Shown piece after piece: positions 48,190 through 59,989 of a stretch of 64,000 nucleotides of DNA (the stretch's first letter is position 1; the number at the start of each line of letters is the position of its first letter). Made by a program: the position numbers and the translations under genes. The notes under the pieces were generated by a model, which was given only the letters and a program-made list of their open reading frames with translations, searched no databases and was not told where the DNA came from. This DNA comes from Mobula hypostoma (taxonomy: Eukaryota): NCBI RefSeq assembly GCF_963921235.1, contig NC_086097.1:226302001-226366000 (forward strand), read 5' to 3'.

Positions 48190-48500
48190 TAGGCAGCAGA
48201 TAGTTGAGCCACTGCCTCAAAGCATCAGAAAGCCTGCCTCAGTCCTCATCTTCCCTACTTTATAGGTGGAGATGGCATACTGTCCCTGTGACAAAATGGC
48301 TTCGCTTCAAATGCTCTGTTTTCCTCCCACATTACAAGGGGTCGAAGGTTGGTTGATCAATTGACTGTGAGTGGTAGAATCTGGGTGGAGTTGATGGGGT
48401 TGCGGGGAAAATTAAAATAAATTAGATTAATGTAAAATTAGTGTAATGGTGTGGTTGATGATTGATCCAGACAAAATGAGCTAAAGGGCTTGTTCCAACA
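48190..48500 (+). mobile_element. Old tRNA-derived SINE
   Basis: Degenerate A-box head, TGCTCTGTTTTCCTCCCACA core, CR1-like AAAGGGCTTGTT tail. Confidence 0.55.
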
Positions 48501-49339
48501 ACCATTTAATACTAATAAGGTACCAAATAGCATTGTTATGGAACATTCTAAATCCAGTTATTTTCATTTCTAGTGCTTCCCCTGTTATGTTTTAACTACT
48601 TTAACAAAGATTTTTGCATGAGAACTTAACAAATGCTGCTTTTATATGCTTAGTCTACAGAAAGGGCAATTGCAAAATGCCTGAACATTCAGCTGAGAGT
48701 GTAGAGCAACCAACCTTTATCGTCCCATTGAATTTGTACTTCCTCATTAAAAGTTTGCTCAAATTTATTTTGTGACAAAGTGTTTCCAGTTGCAATTGAA
48801 ACAAACTTTTCAAAAGGTGCACATTCACCACTAAATAACAAACTTCTTACAATTCTACCAATTTAGTGACTCATTAGCTGCCTGAGAAGCCATTATGAGA
48901 TCATAATTACATGCGTTGTGATTAACCATCATAGATCCAGTTGTGCCAATGAAATTGTGTTCTTAAAGTATTATGCTCTGCTTTCCCATCAATGTGTTGC
49001 AAAACACAATGTAAAGTTCACCTCTTTGTCTTAATGAAGTAAAATAATTAGCTGAAAATGGCCAAAAAGTAAAATGCATAGAGTGGATCACAGCATTTCT
49101 CTTAGTAATTTCAACAGTAACATATCTATGGTTGAATTTATTGTTTGATTCACCCACTAGACACTTCCATTTTATACCCACAGATGATCACAAGGCAAAT
49201 GCAAGGACAGCAATTGACATCCATCCCTGACCGTCTTTAACAAAGTGCTGGAGAGCCCTTCCTTAAACAACTGAATCTACTCCCACAGTGCTGTTAGGTA
49301 GGTTCTGACCCATGAGGCAATAGTACAAATACTTTATTT

Positions 49340-51965
49340 CCAGGCAGGTAGGCAGAGGGGGTGGGGTGGCAAATAAATAAATTAAATCCTCAGAAAGAGG
49401 TGACATAGGATCGGTAGACGTAGTATCCTTGTGGGTAGAGTTAAGGAACTGCAAGGGTAAAGAGACCCTTATGGGGTTATCAACAGGCCTCCGAACAGTA
49501 GCCGTGATGTGGTTACATATTATAACGTAAGATAGAAAAGGCATTGAAAAAGGACAGGGTTATGATAATCATGAAAGATTCAATATCCAGGTAGATTGGT
49601 GCTGGATCCCAAAAGACGGAATTTGTAGAATGCCTGCAAGATGGATTTTTAGAACAGCTTATGATTAAGCCCACTGGAGAAAGGGCAATTCTTGATTGAG
49701 TGGTATGTAATGATCCAGATTTGATTAGGGAGCTTAAGATAGAGGAACCTTTAGGAGACAGTGATCATAATATGATAGAATTCACCTTGCAGTTTGAGGT
49801 TTGAGAAGGAGAAGCTAAACTTAGATGTATCATTACAACAATGGAATACAGTAAACTGCAGGGGCATGAGAGAAGAGCTGGCCAAAGTTGATTGGAAATG
49901 GACACCAGCAGGGAAGAGAGCAGAACAGTAATGACTGGTTTTTCTGGGGAAATACAGAAGGCACAGGGAAAATACATCCCGACAATGAAGTATTCTAAGG
50001 AAGGATGAGGTAACTGTGCCTGACAAGGGAAGCCAAAGACAACATACAATCAAAAGCAAGGGCATATAATATGGCAAAAATGAGTGGAAGGTAGAGGACT
50101 GAAAAGCTTTTAAAAATCAGCAGAAGGCGGCTAAAAAAGCCATAGAGAGAAAAAAGGAAATATGTTGTAAAAGAGGATACAAGAAGTTTTTTTTAAGGTA
50201 CAGTATATAAAGAGTAAAAGAGAGATCAGAGTAGATATTAGACCACTGGAATATGATGCTGGAGAGATAGTAATGGGGACAAAGAAAAGGCAGACAAACT
50301 TAATATATTTTTTGTCAATGTTCACCATCGAAGGCATTAGCAGAATGTCAGAAATGTGAGAGTGTCAGTGGGCAGAAGTGAGTGTCATTGCTATTCCTAA
50401 GGAGAAGGTGCTTAGGAAGCTGAAAAGTCTGAGGGTGGCTATGTCACCTGGACCAGATGGACCTCATCCCAGAATTCTGAAAGAGATAGCTGAAGGGATT
50501 GTGGAGGCATTAGTCATGATCTTTCAACAATCACTAGATTCTGGAATGGTTCTTGAGTAATGGAAAATTGCAAGTGTCACTCCACTCTTTAAGATGCGAG
50601 GGGGGCAGAAGAAAGGAAATCATTGGCCAGTTAGCCTGACTTCAGTGGTTGGAAAGATATTGAAGTTTATTATTATGGATGAGGTTTCAGGGACTTGGGG
50701 GCACATGATAACATGGGCCACAGTCAGTAGGGCTTTCTCAAGGGGAACTCTTGCATGACAAATCTATTGGAATTCTTTGAGGAAGTAACAGGCAGATAGA
50801 CGAAGGAGAGCCAGTGGATGTGTTTTTTTTTGGATTTTCTGAAGGCTTTTGACAAAGTGCCGCATGTGAGGCCGCTTAAGAAGATAAGAGACCATCCCAT
50901 TCCAGGGAAAGTACTAACATGGATAGATGATTGGCTGGCAGGCAAGAGGCAAAAAGTGGGAATAAAGGGGCCTTTTCTGGTTGCCTGCCAGGGACTAATG
51001 CTGTGACACAGGGGTCAGAGTTGGGAATGTTACCTTTCGCATTGTATGTCAAAGATTTGGATGAAGAAACTGATGGCTTTGTGGCCAACTTTGTGGATGA
51101 TATGAACATATGTGGAGGGGCAGGTAGTTTTGAGGAAGCAAAATGTATGCAAAAGGACAGAGAGATTGGGTGAATGGGCAAATGGCAGATAGAATATAAT
51201 GTAGGGAAATGCATGGTCAGGCACTTTGGCAGAATGAATAGATGCATGGACTACTTTCCAAGTGAAGTCAAAATTCAAAAATAAGAGGTGCAAAGGGACT
51301 AGTGCACGATTCTCTAAATGATAACTTGCAGGTTGAGACAGTGGTAGGGAAGGCAAATATAATGTTGGTATTCACTTTGGGAGGACTGGAGTACAAATGC
51401 AAATATGTAATGTTGGGGTTTTATAAGGCATTAGTCAGATTGCACTTGGAGTATTATGAGAAGCTTTGGGTCCATTATCTTAAAAAAGATGTGCTGGCAT
51501 TGGAGAGGTTCCAGAGGAGGTTCACAAGAATGATCCCAGATATGATGGGTCTGTACTCACTAGAGTTTAGAAGAATAGAGGAGGGGGGAGTCTCACTGAA
51601 ACATACCAAATACTGAAATACCTAGATGGAGTGGATGTAGAGAGGATGTTTCCTATAGTGAAGGAGTCTAGGACCAGAAGACACAGACTCAGAATTGAGG
51701 GTGTCCATTTAGAACAAAGATTAGGAAAAGTTTCTTTAGGCAGAGGGTGATGAATCTGTGAAATTCATTGCCTTAGACAGCTGTGCAGGCCAGTTCATTG
51801 GGTATATTTTAGGTGGAGGTTGATAGATTCAGGGCATCAAAGGTTACTGGGAAAAGACAGGAAACTTGAATTGAGAGGGATAATAATCAGTCATTATGAA
51901 ATGTCACAACAGACTCGATGGGCTGAGTGGCCTAATTCTGCTCCTATGTCTTATGGTACTATGGT
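49340..51965 (+). mobile_element. Decayed CR1 ORF2 (EN + RT) with 3' tail
   Basis: WVELRN, LGDSDHNMIEF, SPGPDGPHPRILKE, LDFLKAFDKVPH, LERFQRRFTRMIP; many stops and frameshifts. Confidence 0.9.
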
Positions 51966-52109
51966 CTGACCTGAGAAAAATATTCCTAGATTCTTCACCC
52001 TATTAATATAACTGAATTTCCTCATCCATTCAATATTTTGCCTCTTCCTCCTCATAATCGTCATATTTTTCCAGTGAGATCATGACCAGAAATGGCCAAA
52101 TATTTAACA

Positions 52110-52179
52110 GAGCAGTTCCCAACCTGGGGTCCATGGATCCCTGGCTTAGTCACGGCATAAAGAAGGTTGGGAATCGCTG
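52110..52179. mobile_element. 70-bp hAT MITE
   Basis: TIRs (G)AGCAGTTCCCAACCT / AGGTTGGGAATCGCTG; exact 8-bp TSD ATTTAACA (52102-52109, 52180-52187). Confidence 0.8.
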
Positions 52180-52557
52180 ATTTAACATAACCTCTTTACT
52201 CGTCCACATTAGACTTCAATTTATGAAGCTGAGGATCTCACGTGCCTCATTTAAGTTAGACTCCCTAACTCTCTTGCCTCCCTCAAAGATTTCTCTCTGT
52301 TCTCATATCATCTTCAGAATTGTACCCTTTATATCATCTTTCTTCATTCTTCTGATCATGCTGTATTTCCTTAAATTTTATCTGCCTCTTGCCGACATAA
52401 CAGGCACCCTGAATATTTCTCCCTCCATTGCAGGTGCATTCTGGCTGAAGAATTTACCATCTACAGAGATGGCAGGGTCCTATTTTAAACTTTTCAGAAA
52501 GCATGAAACTTGGACGTATGGTAAAGAAAAGGTTGTAGATAGACTTAGGGCCATCGG

Positions 52558-54290
52558 ACCATAAGACATAAGAGCAGAGTTAGGCCATTCACCCATCAAG
52601 TCTGCTCCATCATTTAATCATGAATAACTTACTATCCCTCTCAACCGCATTCTCCTGGCTTCTCCCCTTAATCTTTGATTCCATTACTAATCAAGAACCT
52701 ATCAATCTCTACTTTAAATATACCCAATTACTAGCTTTATTAATCTTTTTATTGATTTAAAAGGAACATAAATACAAACAAGAGGAGAATTATCTCAAAT
52801 ATATATATATATCAATAACAATACAAACAGATTGAGACAAACATTATCAAAATCATACATAGTGTTAAGCTATTATATAATATATAATAAAAAAGAAAAC
52901 AGCAGTTCTCCTCTTATCAGTTCATGAACAGGAAGGAAAAAACTTTGAATTTTAAATGAAGAAAAAAACCACTACACTATACAAAAAAAGGGACTGGGCA
53001 GTCCATTCTGAGGATATGACCAAAAAAAAAGAAAGACTTCCTGATCAAATTTAAAACTTCAAAAAAAAATTGCAAGAGTAATAAATCAAATTAAATGAAA
53101 ATACTGAATAAAAGGTCGCCAGATTTGCTCAAATTTAAAGGATGTATCAAACGTCCGACTTCTTATCTTTTCTAAACTTAAACAGGACATAATGGAGGAA
53201 AGCCAATAAAAGACAATAGGTGGATTAGAATCCTTCCACTTCATAAAATGGCTCTCCTAGCCAATAAAGTTGAAAAGGCTATCATACGTTGAGCAGAAAT
53301 AGGAAAATTTCCTGGTTTCGATGGGGTAATCCCAAATATTGCCGTAAGTAAATTAGGTTGTAGGTCCAGATCCAGGACTTTTGATAATGTTTTAAAAACA
53401 TCTCTCCAAAAATTGTCTAGCTTTATACAAGACCAAAACATATGAGTTAAAGTGGCCACCTCGATATTACATCTGTCACAAATAGGATTGATATTGGAAA
53501 AAATATGTGCCAGTTTATCCTTTGACATACGGGCCCAATGCACCACCTTGAACTATATCAAGGAATGACGAGAACAAATAGATGAGTTATTAACCAAGTG
53601 AAAAATTTTACTTCATTGATTATCTGAAAATGACTTTTGAACTTCCAATTCCCAAGCACGTTTAATTTTATCGTTAGATATCATTCGTAAATTCAATATA
53701 AATTATAGCTATCAACCCTTTTTGAAGTGGTTTAAGATGAAAAAGAGCATCTGTCATATTAAGTGGATAAGCAGAAGGGTAATTTGGCAGCAAACCACGT
53801 AAAAAATTCCTAATTTGTAAATATCTAAAGAAATGTGCATTAGGTAAACCATATTTATCCACTGACTGAGAAATAGACATTCAACAATCCTGTAAAAAAA
53901 ATCTGAAAAAGTTGTTATTCCCTTGGTTTTCCAAATTAAAAAGGTCTTACCCAAAACTGATGGTTTTAAAAAATAATTAGAATAGATATTACTAGAAAGA
54001 ACAATTACTTGGCCTCCACAACTATCTATGGCAATGAGTTCCACAGATTCACACCCTCTTTCTAAACAAATCCCCCCCCCCATCTTTGTTCTAAAGTGGC
54101 CTCCTTCTATTCAGAGTTTGTGCCCTCTGGTCTGATTCTCCCCACAACAGCAAACATTCTCTCCAGTCTACTCTATCTACACCTTATAAGTTTCAATCAA
54201 ATCCCCCCTCGTTCTTCTAAACTCCAGCAAGTACATGCCCAATGTTATCAGACACTCTTCATGTATTAACACCCACATTCCCAGAAATCT
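52558..54290 (-). mobile_element. CR1 3' fragment split by an L1 insertion
   Basis: (CATAAGA)n tail at 52560; resumes at 54002 as TTGGCCTCCACA..CCACAGATTCAC. Confidence 0.8.
52733..54001 (-). mobile_element. L1-clade LINE 3' fragment (ORF2 C-terminal zinc-binding region + 3' UTR)
   Basis: PICDRCNIEVATLTHMFWSCIKLDNFW; YGLPNAHFFRYLQIRNFL; 8-bp TSD CAATTACT (52725-52732, 54002-54009). Confidence 0.88.
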
Positions 54291-54419
54291 TCATTGCAGT
54301 AAATAAAATACTTACCCAAAAGCACCTAGCCTTTGACTTCTCCTGAAGTCTCAATTATTTATCCGGTTGATCCAGTTAAGCTTCTGTTCAACAACAAGCT
54401 TCATGATATTCAGTTGTTT

Positions 54420-54790
54420 GGTCATGGTAATTTCACTCACTTTACTTATGCTGGAGGTAGTCATTGTCTGACAATTGTGTGGCATGACTCATACCTGCCA
54501 CTTAAGATACTAAGCCTGAATATTTTCGATGTTTCATTATCTGAGGAGTAGTGAATTGCAGGATAAATGGACGATCATTGATTATTGCTTCATTAATGAT
54601 CTTCCATTTATCTTGCATTCAGACAGATAATCAATCCTTTATTCTCCTGATCGTAGGATAAATGGATGATCATTGATGAAGCAATTGTAGACAGTTGATC
54701 TTAAGACACTCTGCTAATGAACTCATGTGGCTATATCCAGGGATTGAAGTAACTGACTTCAAAAGGTGCAGCGTTCTTCCATCATGTATA
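54420..54790 (-). mobile_element. Old copy of the 20490-type LINE RT region containing a local inverted duplication
   Basis: TGTGTGGCATGA..CTGCCACTTA..AAGCCTGAATATT and TCATTGATGAAGCA..AAGACACT are degenerate reverse complements of 21100-21320. Confidence 0.55.
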
Positions 54791-54984
54791 ATTAAGTTTT
54801 TCCGTGGTTCTTTGGTACAAATGTCAAGAAATGATTCAATGGCAAAGTAGTCCCTCTCACATTACCTCCGTGATCCAGTTGCTTAATTGGCATTTGGTAA
54901 TTCATAGAGAGAATTGAACTGGCCATTCACTTCAGGAGAATACTGATGGCAATCAACCAATCAGCACTGAAGGTTCAAAATGCA

Positions 54985-55514
54985 CGCACTTAATTACACC
55001 TGCTGTACCTAAGGAAGTGGCCACTCTGTGTATGTTTGTGGTCTCCTGCTGCCGTGCTTCAAGGTTTGCTGTGTAGTGCACTCCCAGATGCTCTTCTACA
55101 CATCACTGTTGTAATGTATGGTTTGTGAATCATTGCAGCCTTCCAGTCAGCTTGAAAAGTCCAGCTGCTCTCCTCCACACTTAGGCAATTTTTCCCACAG
55201 TACCTCCACTCACTGTATTTTTTTTCACACCATTCTCTGAAAACGTTCGAGACTGTTATGCATGAAAATCCCAGGAGTTCAGTAATTTTTGAGATACTCA
55301 ACCACCCTGACTGACACCAACAATCATTCCACGGTCAAAGTCACTTAAATCACATTTCTTCCCCCATTCTGTTGTTTGATCTGAACAACTGCTGAGTCAT
55401 TTTTTCACGTCTCCATGCTTTTAGGCACTGAGATGCTGCCTCTTGACTGGCTGATTAGAGATTTGAATCAACAAGCTGGTGTGCAGGTGTACCTAATAAA
55501 GTGGCCACTGAATG
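54985..55514 (-). mobile_element. Non-autonomous Tc1/mariner element with HTH relic
   Basis: TIR GGTGTACCTAATAAAGTGGCCACTGAATG-TA; SISKITELLGFSCITVSNVFREWCEKK peptide. Confidence 0.8.
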
Positions 55515-55526
55515 TAATTGCAAACA

Positions 55527-56165
55527 CCACAGTATCATGGTGGTTAGCACAACACTATTACAGCTCGAGGCATCAGAGATTAGAGTTTAGACCCCATGTC
55601 TTTGGTAAGGAGACTGTGGAATGTGTGGGTTTTCTCTGGGTCCTCCAGTTTCCTCCAACTGTCCAAACGTGTACCAGACATGTTAATTGGTCATTGTAAA
55701 TTGTCCCGTGAAACGGCGACACCTCTTTTTCCCTTATTAACGAGAGAGAGAGCCTGTGGTATGTCGAATACTGGATGAACAAGTAATTTTTGGGGTACTT
55801 TATTGATGCTTTGCTGCATGCTTGAGTACTTGGTGGGGGGGGTGGTGCTGATGCTTTTTTGCTAGTGTGTGGGGGGGTTGTTGCTTTGCTGCTGCTTATG
55901 CATGGGAGGGGAAAGTTTGGCGGGGGGCTTGGGGTTCTAATATTTAACTGTCACTCACTCTTTGGGATGCTCCTCTGTTTTTGTGGATGTTTGTGAAGAG
56001 AAAGAATTTCAGGATGTATATTGTATACATTTCTCTGACATTAGGTGTACCTATTGAAACCTATTAAGTAGGGTTAAATCGGGGTTATTAGGTGTTGCTG
56101 GCTGGTGCAGCTTGAAGGGTCAGAAGGGTCTATTCCTCACTGAAGTAATAAGAAATAAACAAATG
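55527..56165 (+). mobile_element. tRNA-derived SINE interrupted by a second repeat (55706-56065)
   Basis: GTGGTTAGCACAAC head; TTAATTGGTCATTGTAAATTGTCCCGTGA resumes as TAGGGTTAAATCGGGG..GAAGGGTCTATTC. Confidence 0.7.
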
Positions 56166-56624
56166 CATTAGCCTTAAGCAGTCAGATATTGGACTGCATA
56201 TCACTGAAATAGGGATTTTTGTGACATCACCTCTTCAATTGTTCACAATCTGTCATGGTCAGATATAGTAGATAAGAGAGCTTTAATGTGATCCATTGGT
56301 GTGGGATCACCTACTCTTCCTATCTGTAGGGTATTGTTAAGCATACAAACTGGAGCTTTGGCAGGCTGACATGTCATTATCCGGTAATCCTAATGCTGAG
56401 GCTCATTAAACCAGGATTCATCTGCTGGCTTGATAGCTGAGGTGGTAATGGATATGCATGCCATATTAGGATCCGTACATTATAGAAGGCAATAGAAACA
56501 ATTCTTCTGCTCCACACACAATTTCTGGTGCTTTATGTATGCTTCGATTCAAGCTGCTGTATTTGTTCCATCCCAGGTAGTGCAATTGAAGTGCACTCTA
56601 TATAATGGAGGGTATTTGCAATGT

Positions 56625-57140
56625 GAAAAGGTCAAGAGGGTTGAGAGTTTCAAGTTCCCAGGATTGAACATCAGCAACAGCCTGTTCTGGTCCGGCCAGT
56701 GGTCACAGCTCAGCACATCACAGATACCAGCCTCTCCTCTGTCTACATTACCTGCTGTCTTGGTAAAGCAGCTAGCATAGTCAAGGATCCCACCAACCCC
56801 AGACATTTGCTTTTCTCCTCCCTTCCATCTGGCAGAAGATACAAAAGCATGAACATATGTACCACCAGGCTCAAGGACAGCTTCTATCCCACTGTAATAA
56901 GACTACTGAATGTTTCCCTACTCTGATAAGATGGACTCTTGACCTCATAGTCTACCTTGTTGTGGCCTTGCACCTTGCTGTCTACCTGCAGTGCACTTCC
57001 TGTGTACTGCAACACTTTACTTTGCATTCTGTTGTTATTTTACCTCATGCTACCTCAATGCACCATTGTAACGAATTGGTCTGACTGGCCAGCATGCAAG
57101 ATAATTTTTCCACTGCTCCTCAGTGCACGTGACAATAATT
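56625..57140 (+). mobile_element. Rex1/Babar-like 3' fragment
   Basis: VKRVESFKFPGLNIS; KAASIVKDPTNPRHLLFSSLPSGRRYKSM..TTRLKDSFYP. Confidence 0.8.
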
Positions 57141-58067
57141 TTACAAATTTACTACTTTACCAGTTTACCAAAATGGAAGTTCACCTCCACAAGAAAGATG
57201 TGATCGCTGCTCATACCAATACTGCTGAATCTCTAGTACGTAATTTGGTGAGGGAGAATTCAAGAAGTTTCATATCTGCTTGTGTTGGCTCTTTCAGCAC
57301 CAGATTCTGTCTGGGAGCACTGACTTCCATATTTTGACCAGTTCACTTCAGCCATCCACTAAGTTGACATTTAAGTCTCCCACTTCAAGTGTGCTTATTG
57401 ATTTCCTCCAAATGATATTAATCATGCATGACTATTGACTGAACTAAAGGTGGGAAAGGATAGAAAACAGAAGTGGATGATTTCCTTGCCAGTGTTTGTC
57501 CAAATGCAATGTGACTTCATTAGACAGAGTTTGTGGATTTGTTCTACAAGTGGAAAGAAAAACATCACTAGGATCAAGTTATGGGACTTGTTGAAAGTTA
57601 TGTTTTTTTTAAGAGTAATCATATGCAGATGCTTTTGGTCTAGTCTTTGATAAGTCTCTTTCTATTCCAGCACATCTCCAGATGCTCATGAAGGAGTTTT
57701 CACAGGGTCAGCTGTGCATAACTGAATCCATTACTCAGGTTGGGACCAGGTGATATATCTGGCTTTCATCTTATTTTACCTTTGTGTATTTGATTTAAAA
57801 GATTGGCCTGTAGGATATTTCAGTGGGCAGCTAAAAGTCAACCGAGTTGCTGTGTATTTTGAGTCAGATATCTAAAAATTTTTGTTCACAAGGAGATTTC
57901 TTGCCATGAAGAGGTACACATTAATGAACTGGTAAAGTCTTTGTAACAATCTGGTAATTTCTTTTGCATAGCCACAGGCACTATTATTTTATTTTAAATG
58001 TTTTTAATCGATTAAGTTAGGGCCCCCAAACTGCTATACTGTAATGGGATATTTCATGTTTATCACA

Positions 58068-58375
58068 CGGTAGAGTAGCAGTTAGCGCAAAGCTTTGGTG
58101 TTTGATTTCCATGACTGTCCATAAGGAGTTTGTACATTCTCCCTGTGACCACACGGGCTTCTTCCAGGTGCTCTGGTTTCCTCCCACTTTCCAAAGATGC
58201 GCTGTATGGTTAGTGTTAGCGAGTTGTGGGCATGCTATGTTGGAGCCGGAAGCATGATGATTTTGGAGGTTACCCAGCACAATCCTCTGTGATTTGATTT
58301 GACGCAAGCAATTCCCTTCACAGCATGTTTCAAATGCACATGTGACAAATAAAGCTAATCTTATCTTAATCTTAT
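58068..58375 (+). mobile_element. tRNA-derived SINE
   Basis: GGTAGAGTAGCAGTTAGCG head, TTTGATTTCC B-box relic, TGCTCTGGTTTCCTCCCAC core, AATAAAGCT(AATCTT)n tail. Confidence 0.7.
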
Positions 58376-58434
58376 TTTATTGGCCTTTTGATGATAACCT
58401 TGCAAAGGTATATCAATCTTCCTGGAGATGAAAT

Positions 58435-59003
58435 GATATGCCTGGAATAGAAACACCAATACCCAGGAACAGAAGACCCTACAGGAAGTGGTGGACACAG
58501 CCCAACCCATCAGAGAAAAAGCCCTCTCCACCACTGAGTACATCTATAAGTAAGCAACACGTATCATCAAGTACTCCCACTATTCAGGCCATGCTCTCTT
58601 CTAACTGCTGCCATCAGGAAGGAAGTACAGGAGCCTAAGGTTCCATGCCACCAAGTTCAGGAACAGTTATTATACTTCAACCATCATGCTCCTGAACCAG
58701 CATGGACAACTTCACTCACCTCAACACTAAACTAATTCCACACCCCTATGGACTCGCTTTTAAATACTCTGCAACTCATGTTCTCAGTATTATTTATTTA
58801 AGTATTAATTTCTATTATTATTATTTGTTTTGTTCAGTATTTCTATATTTGTCTCCTCTTGCAGATTGGTTGCTTATAAGTCTTTGTGTGTAGTTTTTAA
58901 TGATTCTTTTGCTTTTCTACTGTGAATGCCTGTAAGAAAATGAATCTTGAGTAGTATATGGTGGCATGTATGTAATTTGATACAAACTTAATTTGAACTT
59001 TGT
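58435..59003 (+). mobile_element. Rex1/Babar-like 3' fragment
   Basis: CTGCTGCCATCAGGAAGGAAGTACAGGAGCC..CAGGAACAGTTATTA; TTTGAACTTTG tail. Confidence 0.75.
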
Positions 59004-59147
59004 GCTTTGAAATGTTATAGTGAGTGTTAGCAAAGGTGAAACATTGGCTTGCTATAATGTGGCAAAATTAATAAAGTATCTCTTTTGTCTACTTCCAGTC
59101 ACTATTATAATGCATGCAGAACAGAAACAATTTTACACATGGTATAT

Positions 59148-59522
59148 CTCCATCAGTGAGTGGTTGACCATGTATGTTGTGTCCTAGCTATTTAGCTACG
59201 CAAGCCTGGGCAGTATAATGAATGTGGCGAGCAAGCTGTTGCTCATGTAGCAAGCTCCCCTTCTCCCTACATCTGATGAACCCAAAGGAACAGCGTAGAC
59301 TGATACAGTTTGGTACCAGGAACATCACAGGAGTTGCAAGTCAATGTTGACTTCAACATAGGTCTGCTTTAGGAACTCCAGCTCCAGCATTTTCCCTCAG
59401 GGTGTACTTTCGAAGCCTTCAACATGAATGGGTGTAGCTGCAAGGCAGCGGAAGCTTGATATCAGAGTTTTCCTTCTTCTAAACTGGCTGCCAGCCTTGG
59501 CTGATCAGCCCCATCTGCCCAA
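59148..59522 (-). mobile_element. Non-autonomous RTE-type (bipartite) element
   Basis: Minus-strand 5' end GGGCAGATGGGGCTGATCAGCC..GGCAGCCAGTTTAGAAGAAGGAAAACTCTGA resembles RTE 5' UTRs; 3' end GGACACAACATACATGGTCAACC. Confidence 0.55.
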
Positions 59523-59674
59523 AACATGGTATATCAGCATCAAGTAAAATTACCAGATTATCTGTTTCAATAGTTAGCTGAGGATTTATCCTGACCAAAA
59601 TAATTCCTCTGCTCTTCTAGAAATAGCCCTCTATACTTTTGGGATCCATCTAAAAAGGGGGACGCCAGCTTTCC

Positions 59675-59830
59675 ACTTAACATCTGAACCGAAAGCAATG
59701 GCCCCAAGTTATCAGTATTGCTGTAATACTGCAGTGAAACACCAGCCATGATATGCTACTACAGTCTCTAGAACGGGGCTTGAACTACAAATGTCCAAAT
59801 TATAGAACAAAAGCCTCACATTGAAGCAGG
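59675..59830 (-). mobile_element. Ancient DeuSINE-like relic
   Basis: TTAACATCTGAACCGAAAG..ATACTGCAGTG..CAGCC..GTCTCTAGAACGGGGCTTGAAC resembles the reverse complement of the tRNA-head/Deu region as I recall it. Confidence 0.45.
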
Positions 59831-59989
59831 TCTGGTGTTTGCTTATGTGGTCTCAAGTCAATAAAGGTACTGAGATCCCAGTACCAGAGCAACACAGAAG
59901 TTTGAACTGTTGGTCTTCCTGAATTAATAAATGTAATTTATTAACATCCATGGCCAATTAGAATCCAGTTCATTTTCACTGACATGGTT

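Noticed and set aside
59273..59295. CTGATGAACCCAAAGGAAC hammerhead-like string
   Set aside because: GAAA box incomplete and no cleavage triplet or stem I pairing.
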